A stretch of 64,000 nt of DNA from Naegleria gruberi (taxonomy: Eukaryota), in assembly GCA_000004985.1 (NCBI GenBank), contig GG738845.1, one strand, 5' to 3'. Under the pieces are notes generated by a model that was not told the DNA's origin, searched no databases, and was given only the letters and a program-made list of their open reading frames with translations. Every line of letters starts with the position of its first letter. Position 1 is the stretch's first letter. The position numbers and the translations under genes are program-made. Of this stretch, positions 31,585-42,667 are shown one piece after another.

Positions 31585-34500
31585 TTATTCTTTTGTACTG
31601 TTTGGTCTTGGTGGCTTAAGGATTGGATTTAGCGTACTAGCTGTTTTTCTAATGACTCTTCGAACCGGAATTATGGGTTCTTCAGGCGGTTCGGATGGGG
31701 TTGGTTCTGCAATCCTAACTTTTATCTTTTTAATATCTGTGCTGTCTTGGGCTTCTGTTGTTGATAGAAATGTAGGATTTTGGGTTGGCTTTGTGGCCAC
31801 TGCTCTTTTTCTTCTGGTTGACTGATCAGATTCAGGTTCCATTGTGCTTCTCAAAGGTTGAGTTTGAATTGTGGATTGATTTTGTGAAAGTGGTTTGGGC
31901 ATACATGACATTCTTCTTGTTGGTGCTCTTTGTTGTCTGACTCCTTGAATTGGGTTTTTAAACCCCACAAGTTGTTCTTTTGTTTTTTCCTTAAATGTTT
32001 CAATAACACTTTCCTTAATAGATTGTAGCTGCAAAGAAAATTGTTTGTTAGAAGAATTTCCATAATCAATATCTTCTGAAATATCAATCAATTTTCCTCT
32101 AATTTTAGAAAAGATGGTTGCACTTTCTTCCGAATCAAAATAGGACAAACATTCATCAAAAAAGCTGATCTCGATATCCAATTGAAGTATTCCATTAGCA
32201 CAAGTGTCGTCTGGAAGAAGCATACAACAATCATTAAAATTTTTAAGAAGCTCTTTTTTAAGTTCCCTACAGACAAATGTTGGAAGATCAGCCCTAGCCT
32301 TCATGTTAGCTTCGTGGTGAACTAGTGCTAGTCCAAGAAGAGTTTCTATCATATAGCTTCTAATTGTTGTAGGTGTAGAGGCAGTTGCCCACCTGAATCC
32401 TGGATCGATAATACCTTTGCGAAGAGTGCTGGAGAGAGCAATAGCTTTTCGTCTTAGCCATTTCTTCAAAATTAAATTCGATAACTTGTCGAAAGTATTG
32501 TACATATCCCTTACTAGCGAGGAGTTACTGAACTTTTCTTTTGGCTTTGTTTGAATTGGTGTCATATTCTCAATATCCAAATCATCAATGTCAATATCAT
32601 CAAGGTTGTCATCTATTATTTCTAAATCCTCCTTACAAAGAATTTTCTCATCGAATGTATGTAGTATTTTTTCTAAGGCACCTCCCATATTGATCAATTC
32701 ATATATGTTTCTCAATAATATCATTAGTTTCTTGTCTGGGTTAAGTCCACTATTAGAATATTGAGACAGGATTGCTGAGAAAGTTGTGCTTTTGCTTGTT
32801 TTCATTGAGTTAAGAATATCTTTTTCATCAATATCCTTTGATAATTCAAATAATGTGTCGCCAAATGACAACAATGTCTCCACGAACATTTTTTTAATTT
32901 CTGAAAAATTCTGTTTGAATTGTAACAAAATAAAACACTCACAGTGTACTTACATCTCCTGTTGTTGTTACTATTGTCAAGATATTAAGCAACTCATATA
33001 TGTGTTTCATAAATAATAATGGGAGTTGTGTCGTGTTGCTCTCTTTTACAATTATCCAATCCTCCTTATCATGTAATATTCTTATCTCTTCCATTGTTCT
33101 TTCACAATATTTGGTGATTGTCTCAGTTTTCAATTCTTGAGCAAAGTTAAAGAAAGGCACCGAAAATTTTGTTTTGATTTTCAATTCAGATATTGAATCC
33201 AACTTGGTAACAAAGTAATTCAAACTCTCAATAATAAATGACTGATTGCACTCGATACAATCTAACTTTTCAAATAATTCTCTACATAAAACTGAAAAAA
33301 GGTTGCAAATTTCAGTAAAAATTGACTCAATTTCAGCCTCTTTTTGTATTTTCTTTTCCCTATCTTTTAATGTAGCCAAGTCTGAAAAACCTCTTTTTGA
33401 CTTTTTTTGTTGGTTTGGTTCAAATTTATCGTCTAAACTGTATTTGGAAAACTTCCAAATTATTTGAAGGTTATCATATAAAATATCACACAACTTTTTT
33501 ACAGACTCTGCAACCAATAATTGGTAATTGGTATCAACCTTCTTTGTTTGATTTGTTTCAAGGGAGTCAAAAGACCACATGATTTCCTCTTCCAATAATA
33601 GGTGCTCAATGTCCATTCCTTCTGCTTGGTCATAAAAATCCGTTTCCCCTCTAAAAGATTTACCACTCTTAAGTTTAATAGAAGCATTTTTTTCTTCAAT
33701 AGAAGAGAAAATGTCTTGCATTTTGTCAATTAATGAATTAAATTGGTAACTAATAAAAAATTTGATTGGATCAACTTGTTTTGCATCCAATAAATACAGA
33801 TATCCAACGTATCTTTCCTTTACTTCAATGGAAACGCTTGAATCTTTAAGTTTAGAATAGAGTTCTGTTTTGACCTCATCCACCTGGCTCATTATTTGTT
33901 CTCTCAAGGATATCAAAACCTTAGAAGAGGTATTTCCCTTGATAAAATACTTTGCTTTTTTGTAGTCGAGGATAATTTTCTTATATTCTTTCTATTGAAA
34001 CTGAAACAATTTTTTCTGTCAAAAGTACTTACTCTTTCTCTATTTTGTTTAATGTCGGAAGGAATAATAAATAGAAATTTGAGTTTGTCTACGATATTTA
34101 CCATTGATCTAATTTCTTCTCCCATTTGTTGTGTTTTTATCATTGGCGAAAATAAGTTCTTACAGTATGATTGCAAATTATCAAATGATTGTTCCAAACC
34201 AGCAACTGCATTGTCATTAAATATATTTCTTCCTTCTCTATCGCCTATTAAAAACTCTTCCAACTTGTCTTTGAGGTAAATATATTTTTCCAGATTATCA
34301 TGCACAAATTGTCTCAGTTTGTTAGATTGAATTTCTTTTCTCCTAGTACAAGTTTTTTTAGCGTTCTTCAGTGCTGAAAAGCTAAATTTAGCATGAAGAT
34401 TACCTAAATATTTTGTAGGAATAAAACCATCCTCATATGGATTAAGGCCATGCTTAAGTTTTGAGGGTTGAAGATTTCTGAACAACGTAATCAATCGGAA

Positions 34501-34800
34501 ATGTAATGAACTTACTTTACAAGATCAAGAGGATCATCACATCTGTCTTGATCCGTTGGGTTTTTTTGTTTTTTTATCCCACTTTGTTTCTCTTTGTGGA
34601 GCTGTAAACGCTCAAGTAAATCTTCCACCTTACTTGCTTGCCTCCATGTTGAGGGTGCTGAATTAAGTACTTCTTCTTCATCGATAATTTCGTCTTCTTC
34701 CTCCTCCTCCCCATCATCATTAAACCAGTCATCCTCTTCCTCATCAATTTTTGTTTCACTTTCCTTAGAGTCTGCAAAACTTTCCTCGGATTGACCATTT
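31585..34800 (-). CDS. Large multi-exon gene. Candidate CATCHR-family tethering-complex subunit (Sec5/Vps51/Dor1-like N-terminal motif). Junctions only partly resolved
   Basis: Track ORFs 31585..32928, 32939..33916 and 33913..34494 are in three different frames and are separated by GTAAGT-containing spacers. An upstream acidic exon (~34535..34800) is joined by a 38-nt GTAAGT..TTGTTCAG intron. The N-terminal region (..YEDGFIPTKYLGNLHAKFSFSALKN...LRQFVHDNLEKYIYLKDKLEEF) fits the FDPxxYL...LVxxNYxxFI motif of Sec5/Vps51/COG8-type proteins. The internal Ser-codon repeat encodes an acidic tract. Confidence 0.4.
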
Positions 34801-34887
34801 TTTTAAATATTTTATTAATATTCAATCTTGTAGAGGGTTGGTCGGGATTTGGCAATCTTTACCCTAGAAGAAATTCGTAGTTTAGCA

Positions 34888-37800
34888 TCAGAAAACTCTT
34901 GTTGGAAAGTACGTGNNNNNNNNNNNNNNNNNNNNNNNNNNNNNNNNNNNNNNNNNNNNNNNNNNGTAAATTCTCAAGGTACTATTAAGAGATTGATCAC
35001 CTTCCATAGCAAACCATTGGCTTCTGTTCTGGTAGTCAATTTGAAATCTTCCAGTTATATGTCCACTATTAATCATTTGAACACTCATTCTGTAAACATC
35101 ACCAACCATCAAAGACCCAAAATTACAGGAATTTGGAAACACTTGAATATTACTCAGACCTGGTTGAGGAGAGGGTGATGATATGGTTTCTCTTGTAATT
35201 GAAGATTTTTGCATATCACTCCTAGATGGAAGTTTCTTTTCCATGGTTTTTTGAGGTTGGTTTGGTGTTTTCATGGAGGATGTTTTCACCTTGATTTTGG
35301 AAGGATCATGCAGAGATTTGTATTCATCATTTGGAACGGCTTCAGCAGTTTTGATGAATGATTTCTTGAACCAAACCGATTTGCTAACATTTTCCACAGA
35401 ATAAAAACTTGGATCTTGAGAGTTTCCTTTTCTAGTCGATTCGGTTTTGGTATCGTAATTGTCTCCTTCGTTGTGGACTGGTAAATAATTGGGTTCTATA
35501 TTTTCGTTCTCTGAATACTCTTCATTAGTTTCTACACTTGCCTCTTCATTGGATTGTTCTGGAAGGCTTTCATTCTTTTCCTTTTTTTCCTTCTTTGGAA
35601 TTCCTAACACCAACGTTTTCCAAACTTCTAAAGCTTCAGGTTCGTGCCAGTATTTAGGAGTATTGCTATTTTTCTTTTCCTGCTTGTACTCATTAATGTT
35701 TAGCCCTCTATCTTTTTCTATTTCATCTTTTTTAACCACTTGAATGACTGTAAAATCCTCAGGATTCTGTTCCTCCTCTATTGGTGCTTCCTTTTCAAAG
35801 ATGTTATTTTCGGAGAATATAGTTGTTAATTCATTCTTGATTTCTTCTTCCTTTTGCTTTTGGTCTTCACTCCTGATATCACCCTCTTCAGAATTTTCTT
35901 TTGAATATCCTTCTTTTCTTACTCTCCATTCTTTCCATCGATTGAATTTATCCCTTAATTTAGATCTATCATCTATTGACAGAGGTCTATACTTGTTGAA
36001 ATGCCTGTGATAGTATAGAGAAGGATCAGCCGTTTTCAGTCTGCCAAGAGGAATGACAGCTTTTGGTAGGGAGTAATAATTTTCGGGGCTTTCCAAATAT
36101 TTAGTTCCTTGATCGTATTTAGTATAGATATGAACAGAAGAAACACTTCTAAACTCTCCAACCATATCTTCAGAAATATTAATCTTCTCAGGATTCGATC
36201 TTGATGCATCAGTAAATGGCGCAATAAAGCTTTCTGGAAGATACTCAAAAGCATATGAACCTTTCATGGATAACTCAAAAAGTCGAGGTTGAATTAAGAA
36301 TTTGTGACTGTTGTCCTTTGGAATTTCTCCAATAACAGAAACAGGAGGTAATCCAATTTTGTTCTTTTTGAAATAATTGATAAGAGACTGAGAAAGTGCA
36401 TATGTTTCCATGTCTTCTTGAGTACCATCTGTTTCCTCAGCCGTGATACCATTTGACTCATCTTGTTCTGGTGGTATTGAGGAGCTCTTAGGTCTTTTAC
36501 TTCTGGAGACTTTTGGTGTACATGCTCTGCTTGCTTTTCTTTCTTCAATAAGCATTCTTTCGTTGTGAATATCCTTTTGATTTTTTTCACTTTCTTGATA
36601 GAATTTGATCATTGATCTACCTGTTCCTGTGACTACAAATTCATGGCCAACAATATCAATCATTTTCATTCCTCCATTCAAATAATCGAAAGAGTACATT
36701 CCAAAATAATACTTGGAGGACTTTTTTTGGAATCTTTCTTTGTTGATTGAGGTAAAGGATAAACTGGATGGCTCTAAATCAACAAAATTTTTTTCTAAAT
36801 CAATAGTAATCATATGACCTAGTTTGGAAAGGGTAAATTGCTTTCTGTCTCTGTAGGTAAATAAAGATTGGTCTGGAAGTTCATACAAAATCTTATCTTT
36901 GAGAATTTTAACACTTGCAAAACCGCTTCTTTCGATAAGGGTATAAAAATCATTAACATGAATAAACTCATCTTCATCTTCTTCGTCATCAACAAAAACT
37001 TGACCATGAACAACTGGACATCTCCAAATACGGAAGCCATCAGAATATTGAACCAGTTGAGAACTGTCACTGAAAATCACTTTCATAACTAAATCTTCTC
37101 TTACATGGACTTCTGCATCCTTCCATGCATCAACATTTTTAACATATTTAACAGTGTCTAAATTCAAAATAGTTCCATCTAATAGCTCTACACACCTTGC
37201 ACCTGTCGGGGCAGTCTTTAAGCATGAACCGTCAGAATTAAAGTGATGAATTTCGCTGCTTGGAAATAATGTTTGCGAAATATCCCCTTCAAATCTCCTT
37301 ATTATTGCTCCGTCTTTTGTTACAGTTAGAGAAAGCTCTCTTACAAGCTTCTTTTCAACTGTATCAGTAGTAGAGTTCCATATTTCAATTAATTCTTCTA
37401 CAGGATGTAAACTAATAGTCATCTTGTCAGTAGAATTTCTATCTAATCCTTTAAACCCAGTACCAAAAACCTTCTTCTTAGATTTTAATTGTGAGGGATA
37501 GAATTGATGGATAGATCCATCTTGCATTAAGCGTATTTGAAGGCCGTTATTGCAACTGAAGTCAACCTCTGTCGATTTAGCATCAACTTGGTCTTGTAAA
37601 AATGCTATTAGACTAGAATCATCCTCAAAAGAACAGGAAAAATATGACTTTCTTTTCAACATATTATGAGGATTATCCAAACTGTTAATGGTATTTTTAA
37701 ATCCAAAAACAAGCCCATCCTTTTCAACAGTACAAGAAATGCTCTTGTCTGTACAATATTCCGACTTTAGATAAATGATTGAACCATCACTTGGGTAAAG

Positions 37801-40173
37801 GTTGACTGTATCAATATAAATGTCTGCACCTTTGCCTTCAAATATATATCTTTCATTTTTAGGATCGAGAATGATATCATGAGGCACTTTTGGTAGATGT
37901 GGAAGGGGAAGTGCAAGAATATTTTGAATGGTTGAAGAGGTTTCCTGAGTATCTTTGTGATGATCTTCGTCTTCTGCTCCAAATTGAGACAATTTCTGTA
38001 TCCTTTTGTGACATTCATTATATTCCTTATCAAATTGAATTTTAAATTGATCTGAAAAATAGGTTTGATAGTTAGAAAACCACTCCAAAAAATACTCATT
38101 AAGGGAGAACCTTTTAAGCATGGAAATACGTTCGTATCTACAAGGCGGTACCTCATTGTAAAAAGCTAAAAGGACCGAATTATTCAACTCGTTATATTTT
38201 GAAATCAGGCTTGGCTTTTCAAATAATCCAATATATGAAATAACCTCAATCATTGTTTCAACATTAAAATGTTCTTCTACATTACGATCACCCAAGTCTA
38301 AATCAACTCCTTTCTCTCTTAGCATTTCCTCAAACTCCATCATTACTAATTCTTTGTCTACTTCTTCTCTAGAATATTTGTAAGGTCCATGAATATCCTC
38401 GTCCTTTCCAGAAAGGAAGTGATAAATTTCTGTTTTTATACTCACTCTCTCTTCTTCTGTTTCTATTGTAGCGGTTTGATTACTTAGCTCAGGAAATAAG
38501 TGAAGCATTCTAGTAACTTTTCTTTCAATGTCAATATTTGTTGTATCGTGATGTATTGGAATTGTGCAAAGAGCATGTTCTGATATTTTGGAGCCAAATG
38601 GTATTAATGACAAACCTCCCACCTTCTCCAAAGTATTTATGGCAGGTCTTTGCCTCTCTTTCAAATCAGATACTTCTAAAAAGTTTATGCTTGGGTTGAA
38701 AGCAGTGTGTAAAAGGTTAGTTAAGCTTTCTGTATAATCTTTGGTTAGTTTTTTATCATCTCCATTGGATGAGAGCTCATATTTATCTTCAACTGTTTTG
38801 ACCAGTTGTTCTATTAGACAATGAAGGATTACAGCTTCAGAACAGCAACTGTCTGGTATATTTTCGAGTAACTTGTTGTAATAACTCAAATCCAATATTG
38901 TATTTTCATCCGAAACATAAACTTGTTCAAGTTTTCCAATAGCTTTTTCGTAATCGTCATAACGATTCATAATTACTTGAGCATATTTTTCTAATGTGGA
39001 GAAAAATCTACCAACTTCTCTCTCTAAACTATCACCTGGATCAAATTTTGAGTTATCGTCATCATATGTATACTCAACGAAAGAATGATTGATTTGTAAA
39101 ATATTTCGAATAAATCCTGAAATATTTTCATCTCTCAATTTACAAGAATGTTCAATAATTTGGCAAAGTCTGGTATCTGGTTTAAAAGTAGATGTTGGTG
39201 TTGCTTGTGTTGATCCCTTCTTTTGAGAACCAGTTTTAGTAGCACTCTTGGGACGTTTTGCGTCAGTGCTTTTTGGACGTTTTTTCTTGTCACCAAGTCT
39301 TTGTGAAAGATCTTCGTCCATTATTGGGGGAGGACCTCTTTTCTTTTCTTTTCCCAACTTAACAACACAATCAAAGTTTACCCCACAATCCATTAATAAA
39401 TTAATATCTTCTTTTGTTGCTGGAAAATCTTTGAACAAAAAGTAGAGAATGGGCTCATTCTTAACAATAAAACCTTCTTCTCTTGGGGTGATTGCTGCAT
39501 TTTCGATAATTTGATTGGAAATTTCTTGTTCATTATTAATTATTGCTTGTTCGGAAGGTTTTTTGTTTTTGTCAAATTTTTCTTTTTCCTTTCTTTTTTC
39601 CTCCTCTTTCTTTTGTAAATCTACTTGCTTTTTCTTTTCATCTTCAGATTTCTTTTTTAAATAATCATCTATCTGGAAAGAAATAAACCTTTTGTAAATG
39701 AGCCCAATTAGCCTCTTTCTATCATTTTTTAGCTCTGAAAGTCTATTTTGTTTTGCTTGCTCCTCTGCTTCCGGATTTTTTGATGTTTTTGAGTTGCCCA
39801 TCAATTTTGTTTCTTCAGCCAAATTCTTTTCATATTCTGCATATTCTTCAAATTTTTGTATTTTGGCTCCTTGTATTACTTCATTATATATTAATACTCG
39901 GAATTTGCTGGTGTCGATGGATGAATGAATTGTGGTGAAATTTCCAAATATTGTTTCTAAAAGAGATTCCCTCTCCTCTGCCTCTAATTGTTGGATAGCA
40001 TCAGGAGATAAACTTTCATTCAGTGGAGTTACTGGAGTAGATGATGGAACTTTAAGTGTTTCCGAAGGTGTATTTTGATTTGTTGGTTCCTGAGAAACAA
40101 GAGGATAATCGGTATCCAAAAAATAAGAAAAGTAACGAAAATCCCTCTCGTAAGGTTTTTGGATATGTCTCAT
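34888..40173 (-). CDS. Very large (~1760 aa) protein, probably flagellar, with a C-terminal ASH/PapD-like beta domain (SPAG17/PF6-like candidate). The 3' end is interrupted by an assembly gap
   Basis: Uninterrupted minus-strand ORF. The track start at 40182 is TTG, and the first ATG is at 40173 (MRHIQKPYERD). It has K/E-rich stretches. The segments ..PILYFLFKDFPATKEDINLLMDCGVNFDCVVKLG.. and ..EAVILHCLIEQLVKTVEDK.. resemble SPAG17 N-terminal blocks. That comparison is from memory and is not verified. The C-terminal ..PNSCNFGSLMVGDVYRMSVQMINSGHITGRFQIDY.. resembles an ASH/MSP-like fold. The N-run 34916..34965 lies inside the 3' end. Confidence 0.45.
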   Translation of the reverse strand: MRHIQKPYERDFRYFSYFLDTDYPLVSQEPTNQNTPSETLKVPSSTPVTPLNESLSPDAIQQLEAEERESLLETIFGNFTTIHSSIDTSKFRVLIYNEVIQGAKIQKFEEYAEYEKNLAEETKLMGNSKTSKNPEAEEQAKQNRLSELKNDRKRLIGLIYKRFISFQIDDYLKKKSEDEKKKQVDLQKKEEEKRKEKEKFDKNKKPSEQAIINNEQEISNQIIENAAITPREEGFIVKNEPILYFLFKDFPATKEDINLLMDCGVNFDCVVKLGKEKKRGPPPIMDEDLSQRLGDKKKRPKSTDAKRPKSATKTGSQKKGSTQATPTSTFKPDTRLCQIIEHSCKLRDENISGFIRNILQINHSFVEYTYDDDNSKFDPGDSLEREVGRFFSTLEKYAQVIMNRYDDYEKAIGKLEQVYVSDENTILDLSYYNKLLENIPDSCCSEAVILHCLIEQLVKTVEDKYELSSNGDDKKLTKDYTESLTNLLHTAFNPSINFLEVSDLKERQRPAINTLEKVGGLSLIPFGSKISEHALCTIPIHHDTTNIDIERKVTRMLHLFPELSNQTATIETEEERVSIKTEIYHFLSGKDEDIHGPYKYSREEVDKELVMMEFEEMLREKGVDLDLGDRNVEEHFNVETMIEVISYIGLFEKPSLISKYNELNNSVLLAFYNEVPPCRYERISMLKRFSLNEYFLEWFSNYQTYFSDQFKIQFDKEYNECHKRIQKLSQFGAEDEDHHKDTQETSSTIQNILALPLPHLPKVPHDIILDPKNERYIFEGKGADIYIDTVNLYPSDGSIIYLKSEYCTDKSISCTVEKDGLVFGFKNTINSLDNPHNMLKRKSYFSCSFEDDSSLIAFLQDQVDAKSTEVDFSCNNGLQIRLMQDGSIHQFYPSQLKSKKKVFGTGFKGLDRNSTDKMTISLHPVEELIEIWNSTTDTVEKKLVRELSLTVTKDGAIIRRFEGDISQTLFPSSEIHHFNSDGSCLKTAPTGARCVELLDGTILNLDTVKYVKNVDAWKDAEVHVREDLVMKVIFSDSSQLVQYSDGFRIWRCPVVHGQVFVDDEEDEDEFIHVNDFYTLIERSGFASVKILKDKILYELPDQSLFTYRDRKQFTLSKLGHMITIDLEKNFVDLEPSSLSFTSINKERFQKKSSKYYFGMYSFDYLNGGMKMIDIVGHEFVVTGTGRSMIKFYQESEKNQKDIHNERMLIEERKASRACTPKVSRSKRPKSSSIPPEQDESNGITAEETDGTQEDMETYALSQSLINYFKKNKIGLPPVSVIGEIPKDNSHKFLIQPRLFELSMKGSYAFEYLPESFIAPFTDASRSNPEKINISEDMVGEFRSVSSVHIYTKYDQGTKYLESPENYYSLPKAVIPLGRLKTADPSLYYHRHFNKYRPLSIDDRSKLRDKFNRWKEWRVRKEGYSKENSEEGDIRSEDQKQKEEEIKNELTTIFSENNIFEKEAPIEEEQNPEDFTVIQVVKKDEIEKDRGLNINEYKQEKKNSNTPKYWHEPEALEVWKTLVLGIPKKEKKEKNESLPEQSNEEASVETNEEYSENENIEPNYLPVHNEGDNYDTKTESTRKGNSQDPSFYSVENVSKSVWFKKSFIKTAEAVPNDEYKSLHDPSKIKVKTSSMKTPNQPQKTMEKKLPSRSDMQKSSITRETISSPSPQPGLSNIQVFPNSCNFGSLMVGDVYRMSVQMINSGHITGRFQIDYQNRSQWFAMEGDQSLNSTLRIYXXXXXXXXXXXXXXXXXTYFPTRVF
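34916..34965. other. Assembly gap (50 N)
   Basis: A run of 50 'n' characters. It lies inside the 3' end of the large minus-strand gene. Confidence 0.99.
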
Positions 40174-40259
40174 TATGATCAATTTTTTTTAAATTTATTG
40201 TACGTTTTAATGGCGGGAAATGTTTTTTCAAAATTACAATTTTGTTCTACGGAAATAAC

Positions 40260-42581
40260 TTAGTAATTCATTTCCATCATGTATTTTCTGTCAGCCTCTC
40301 TGAATAAACTTCCTTCATTTGGGTAGGGATCTTTGGGAGGGGAATTATTTGTGAGTGTAGTTCTATTTTGTTTTGTTTTTTCTTCTGTTTTTCCTGTCCT
40401 ATATTTCCACCTTTTGATTCTTTCTCTTTCCTTTTCCATTTTAATTATTTGGTTTTTGAACCCCCAAATTCCCATATCATGAGTTTTCGCAAATATTTCA
40501 GCTTCTTTCAGCACCCTCATTTGTTGAGAAATGAATGGTTTGGAAATACTGGTCAAGTTATGCTCTTCAACTCTTGAATCTGACGAATCAAAGTGAAGTG
40601 CAGCTAACCCTTGTTCAACAACCCACTTATTAATCCATATTCTTTCAGGAAGGTCAATACTTAATATATCTTTTTTTATCATTTGGGTTGATTTAAGACA
40701 ATCATCTCCTTCAGAGACCAGCCAAACGTCACACGGAAGAGAGCTGTCCAAACTATTAATTTCCTTTCCAGTATTGTTTGATTTTGTAATAGCTATAGTG
40801 GTTGTTGGTATAAAAACTATTACCTGTTTCCCAATTAATTTGGTAGTAAGAGGGCCATAAGCGGTGGATGCTTTATTCTCACCATCAACAATAAAGGAAA
40901 TTTTGTCAAGATACAAATATATCATAATTGAAGCAGTATGCTCCGTTTCTTCATTGTGCTTACTCGCCCTTGAACGAGGTGAGTTCATCATTCTTGGAGA
41001 AAGAATAGGATCAGTAATTGGTTTTTTTTGGTATGATACAATAATATTCATTATTAAGCTAATAGGATCTATGAATACTACTTTCCCAGGAAGTGTTTTT
41101 CCTGAAAGATGGTCCATGAAAAATGTTCTTGGAGTTCTTGGAGAAATTAAATTGTGAGCAACATTATTAGAAACCTGGGAAGAGTTAATCATTGAGGAGT
41201 TTAAGGAGTTTAAGGATGGAACAACCTTAGCTAGTTTCTCTTTTGTTGTGCTGGAATTATCATTTCCTGTTGATTGAAAGGCTGACATGATAGCTTCCTC
41301 ATATGCCATTAAATGGCCCATTTTGTTTGAAAGAGATTCTGAAAGATCTCTCAATGTTGTGTTTCTCTTTTGAGAAAGAAGACCTTGCTCAGTCAATCGT
41401 AAAGCGTGGAAACTTTCCAACCTTTCGTTCCATCTTGTGAAAATTTTCTCTTTTTCCTCCTCTTCATCTTTATGGAATTTGCTTGAAGCTCCATCTCTAT
41501 ATGTTTCAAGAAAATTTTCTTCATTACCATCCTCAAGTTCCTTCATTAAATCTTGCATTGTTGGTGACCTTAACGATTCATCATCTATTCCTTTCCTTTT
41601 TTTAAGTTTGTTCAAAGCTGTCATCATTTTTTTTCTCAGTTCTACCCACTCCTTGCTTTTAGTATCAGAAACCTTGTTAGGAGAGAAACTGAAATTTGTT
41701 TTAGATGATGTACCCAACTCAAAATCAATTAATCTCTCCATCCACGCTTCTCCAAGAAGTAGTTTGTATTCATCATTAGTTAAAACAACAAGTCTATTGA
41801 AGGGTATTGACTCTTTTACATTGAAATAATGCAAAAAAACACCATCTTTAAATAAAACACTTATTACTGCTTCCTTTTCTTTACACTCTATCACCAAACC
41901 TACTTTAAGATTATTGGGTTTCACACTATCTAGAGAAACTTTTCCACAAGTGGGAGTAGTAAACAAGTTTCGTTGACTTAAACTAGGAAGGCTTGGTGGA
42001 GCTTTGCTTAATGTGTTTGCTTTAGCTCTAGAAAAAGCTACTGTCTTTTTTTCCTTTCCATTTGCATATATATCTGCTCTTCTCTGAAGAGATGAGTGAA
42101 GATACTCATCATATTCTCTTTGTTTTACATAATTTTCCATGCTTTTGTATTTTGGTCTTTTTGCTTGATGATCTGAACTGGATAAATCCAATTCATCATC
42201 AAATTCTGTTAGAAATGGCCCCTTAGAGGTGATTTCCTTCTCTCTATGAAACAATAACTTGTTTGAATTTTTGTATATTGGTGACAGGGACAGATTTTCT
42301 GAATAGTCACCGCTTTGTGCTAGTGATCTGTTCAGATAAGGTGCATTGTATTTTCGGAATGAATTACTTCTTTCTGTTAATGGTTTTTCATCAAAACCGT
42401 TATTACTGTCACTAGATGAAGGTCTTAAACTTTTTTCTAATTTCTTTGAATCCACAGCTTGTTGTATTTGTGAACTAATGTTTTTTTTTCTTAAATAAGT
42501 TGGGAGTGCATTTGGTTCAAAAGCCTCCAACAACACCATTACAAATTGTCCTTCCCTTGGTTTTGAACAGCCTAAATTCAT
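40260..42581 (-). CDS. Protein with a C-terminal staphylococcal-nuclease-like (SNase/Tudor-SN-type) domain. N-terminal region unknown
   Basis: 773 aa with a true ATG at 42581. The C-terminal ~150 aa (..VIVFIPTTTIAITKSN..CDVWLVSEGD..INKWVVEQGLAALHF...AEIFAKTHDMGIWG) match the SNase fold pattern (..N..LV..G.A.v....AE..Ak..k.GiW). Confidence 0.5.
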   Translation of the reverse strand: MNLGCSKPREGQFVMVLLEAFEPNALPTYLRKKNISSQIQQAVDSKKLEKSLRPSSSDSNNGFDEKPLTERSNSFRKYNAPYLNRSLAQSGDYSENLSLSPIYKNSNKLLFHREKEITSKGPFLTEFDDELDLSSSDHQAKRPKYKSMENYVKQREYDEYLHSSLQRRADIYANGKEKKTVAFSRAKANTLSKAPPSLPSLSQRNLFTTPTCGKVSLDSVKPNNLKVGLVIECKEKEAVISVLFKDGVFLHYFNVKESIPFNRLVVLTNDEYKLLLGEAWMERLIDFELGTSSKTNFSFSPNKVSDTKSKEWVELRKKMMTALNKLKKRKGIDDESLRSPTMQDLMKELEDGNEENFLETYRDGASSKFHKDEEEEKEKIFTRWNERLESFHALRLTEQGLLSQKRNTTLRDLSESLSNKMGHLMAYEEAIMSAFQSTGNDNSSTTKEKLAKVVPSLNSLNSSMINSSQVSNNVAHNLISPRTPRTFFMDHLSGKTLPGKVVFIDPISLIMNIIVSYQKKPITDPILSPRMMNSPRSRASKHNEETEHTASIMIYLYLDKISFIVDGENKASTAYGPLTTKLIGKQVIVFIPTTTIAITKSNNTGKEINSLDSSLPCDVWLVSEGDDCLKSTQMIKKDILSIDLPERIWINKWVVEQGLAALHFDSSDSRVEEHNLTSISKPFISQQMRVLKEAEIFAKTHDMGIWGFKNQIIKMEKERERIKRWKYRTGKTEEKTKQNRTTLTNNSPPKDPYPNEGSLFREADRKYMMEMNY

Positions 42582-42652
42582 TTCTCCTCAATCCGTTAAG
42601 TCTCATAAGTCATGTATTTTTTTTTAGTTGAATACGTTTTGGCGGTTTATTG

Positions 42653-42667
42653 CGGGGGGGGAGATCT
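42653..42667. repeat. Left terminal inverted repeat of the MITE-like element
   Basis: CGGGGGGGGAGATCT. Reverse-complement identical to 43145..43159. Confidence 0.6.
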
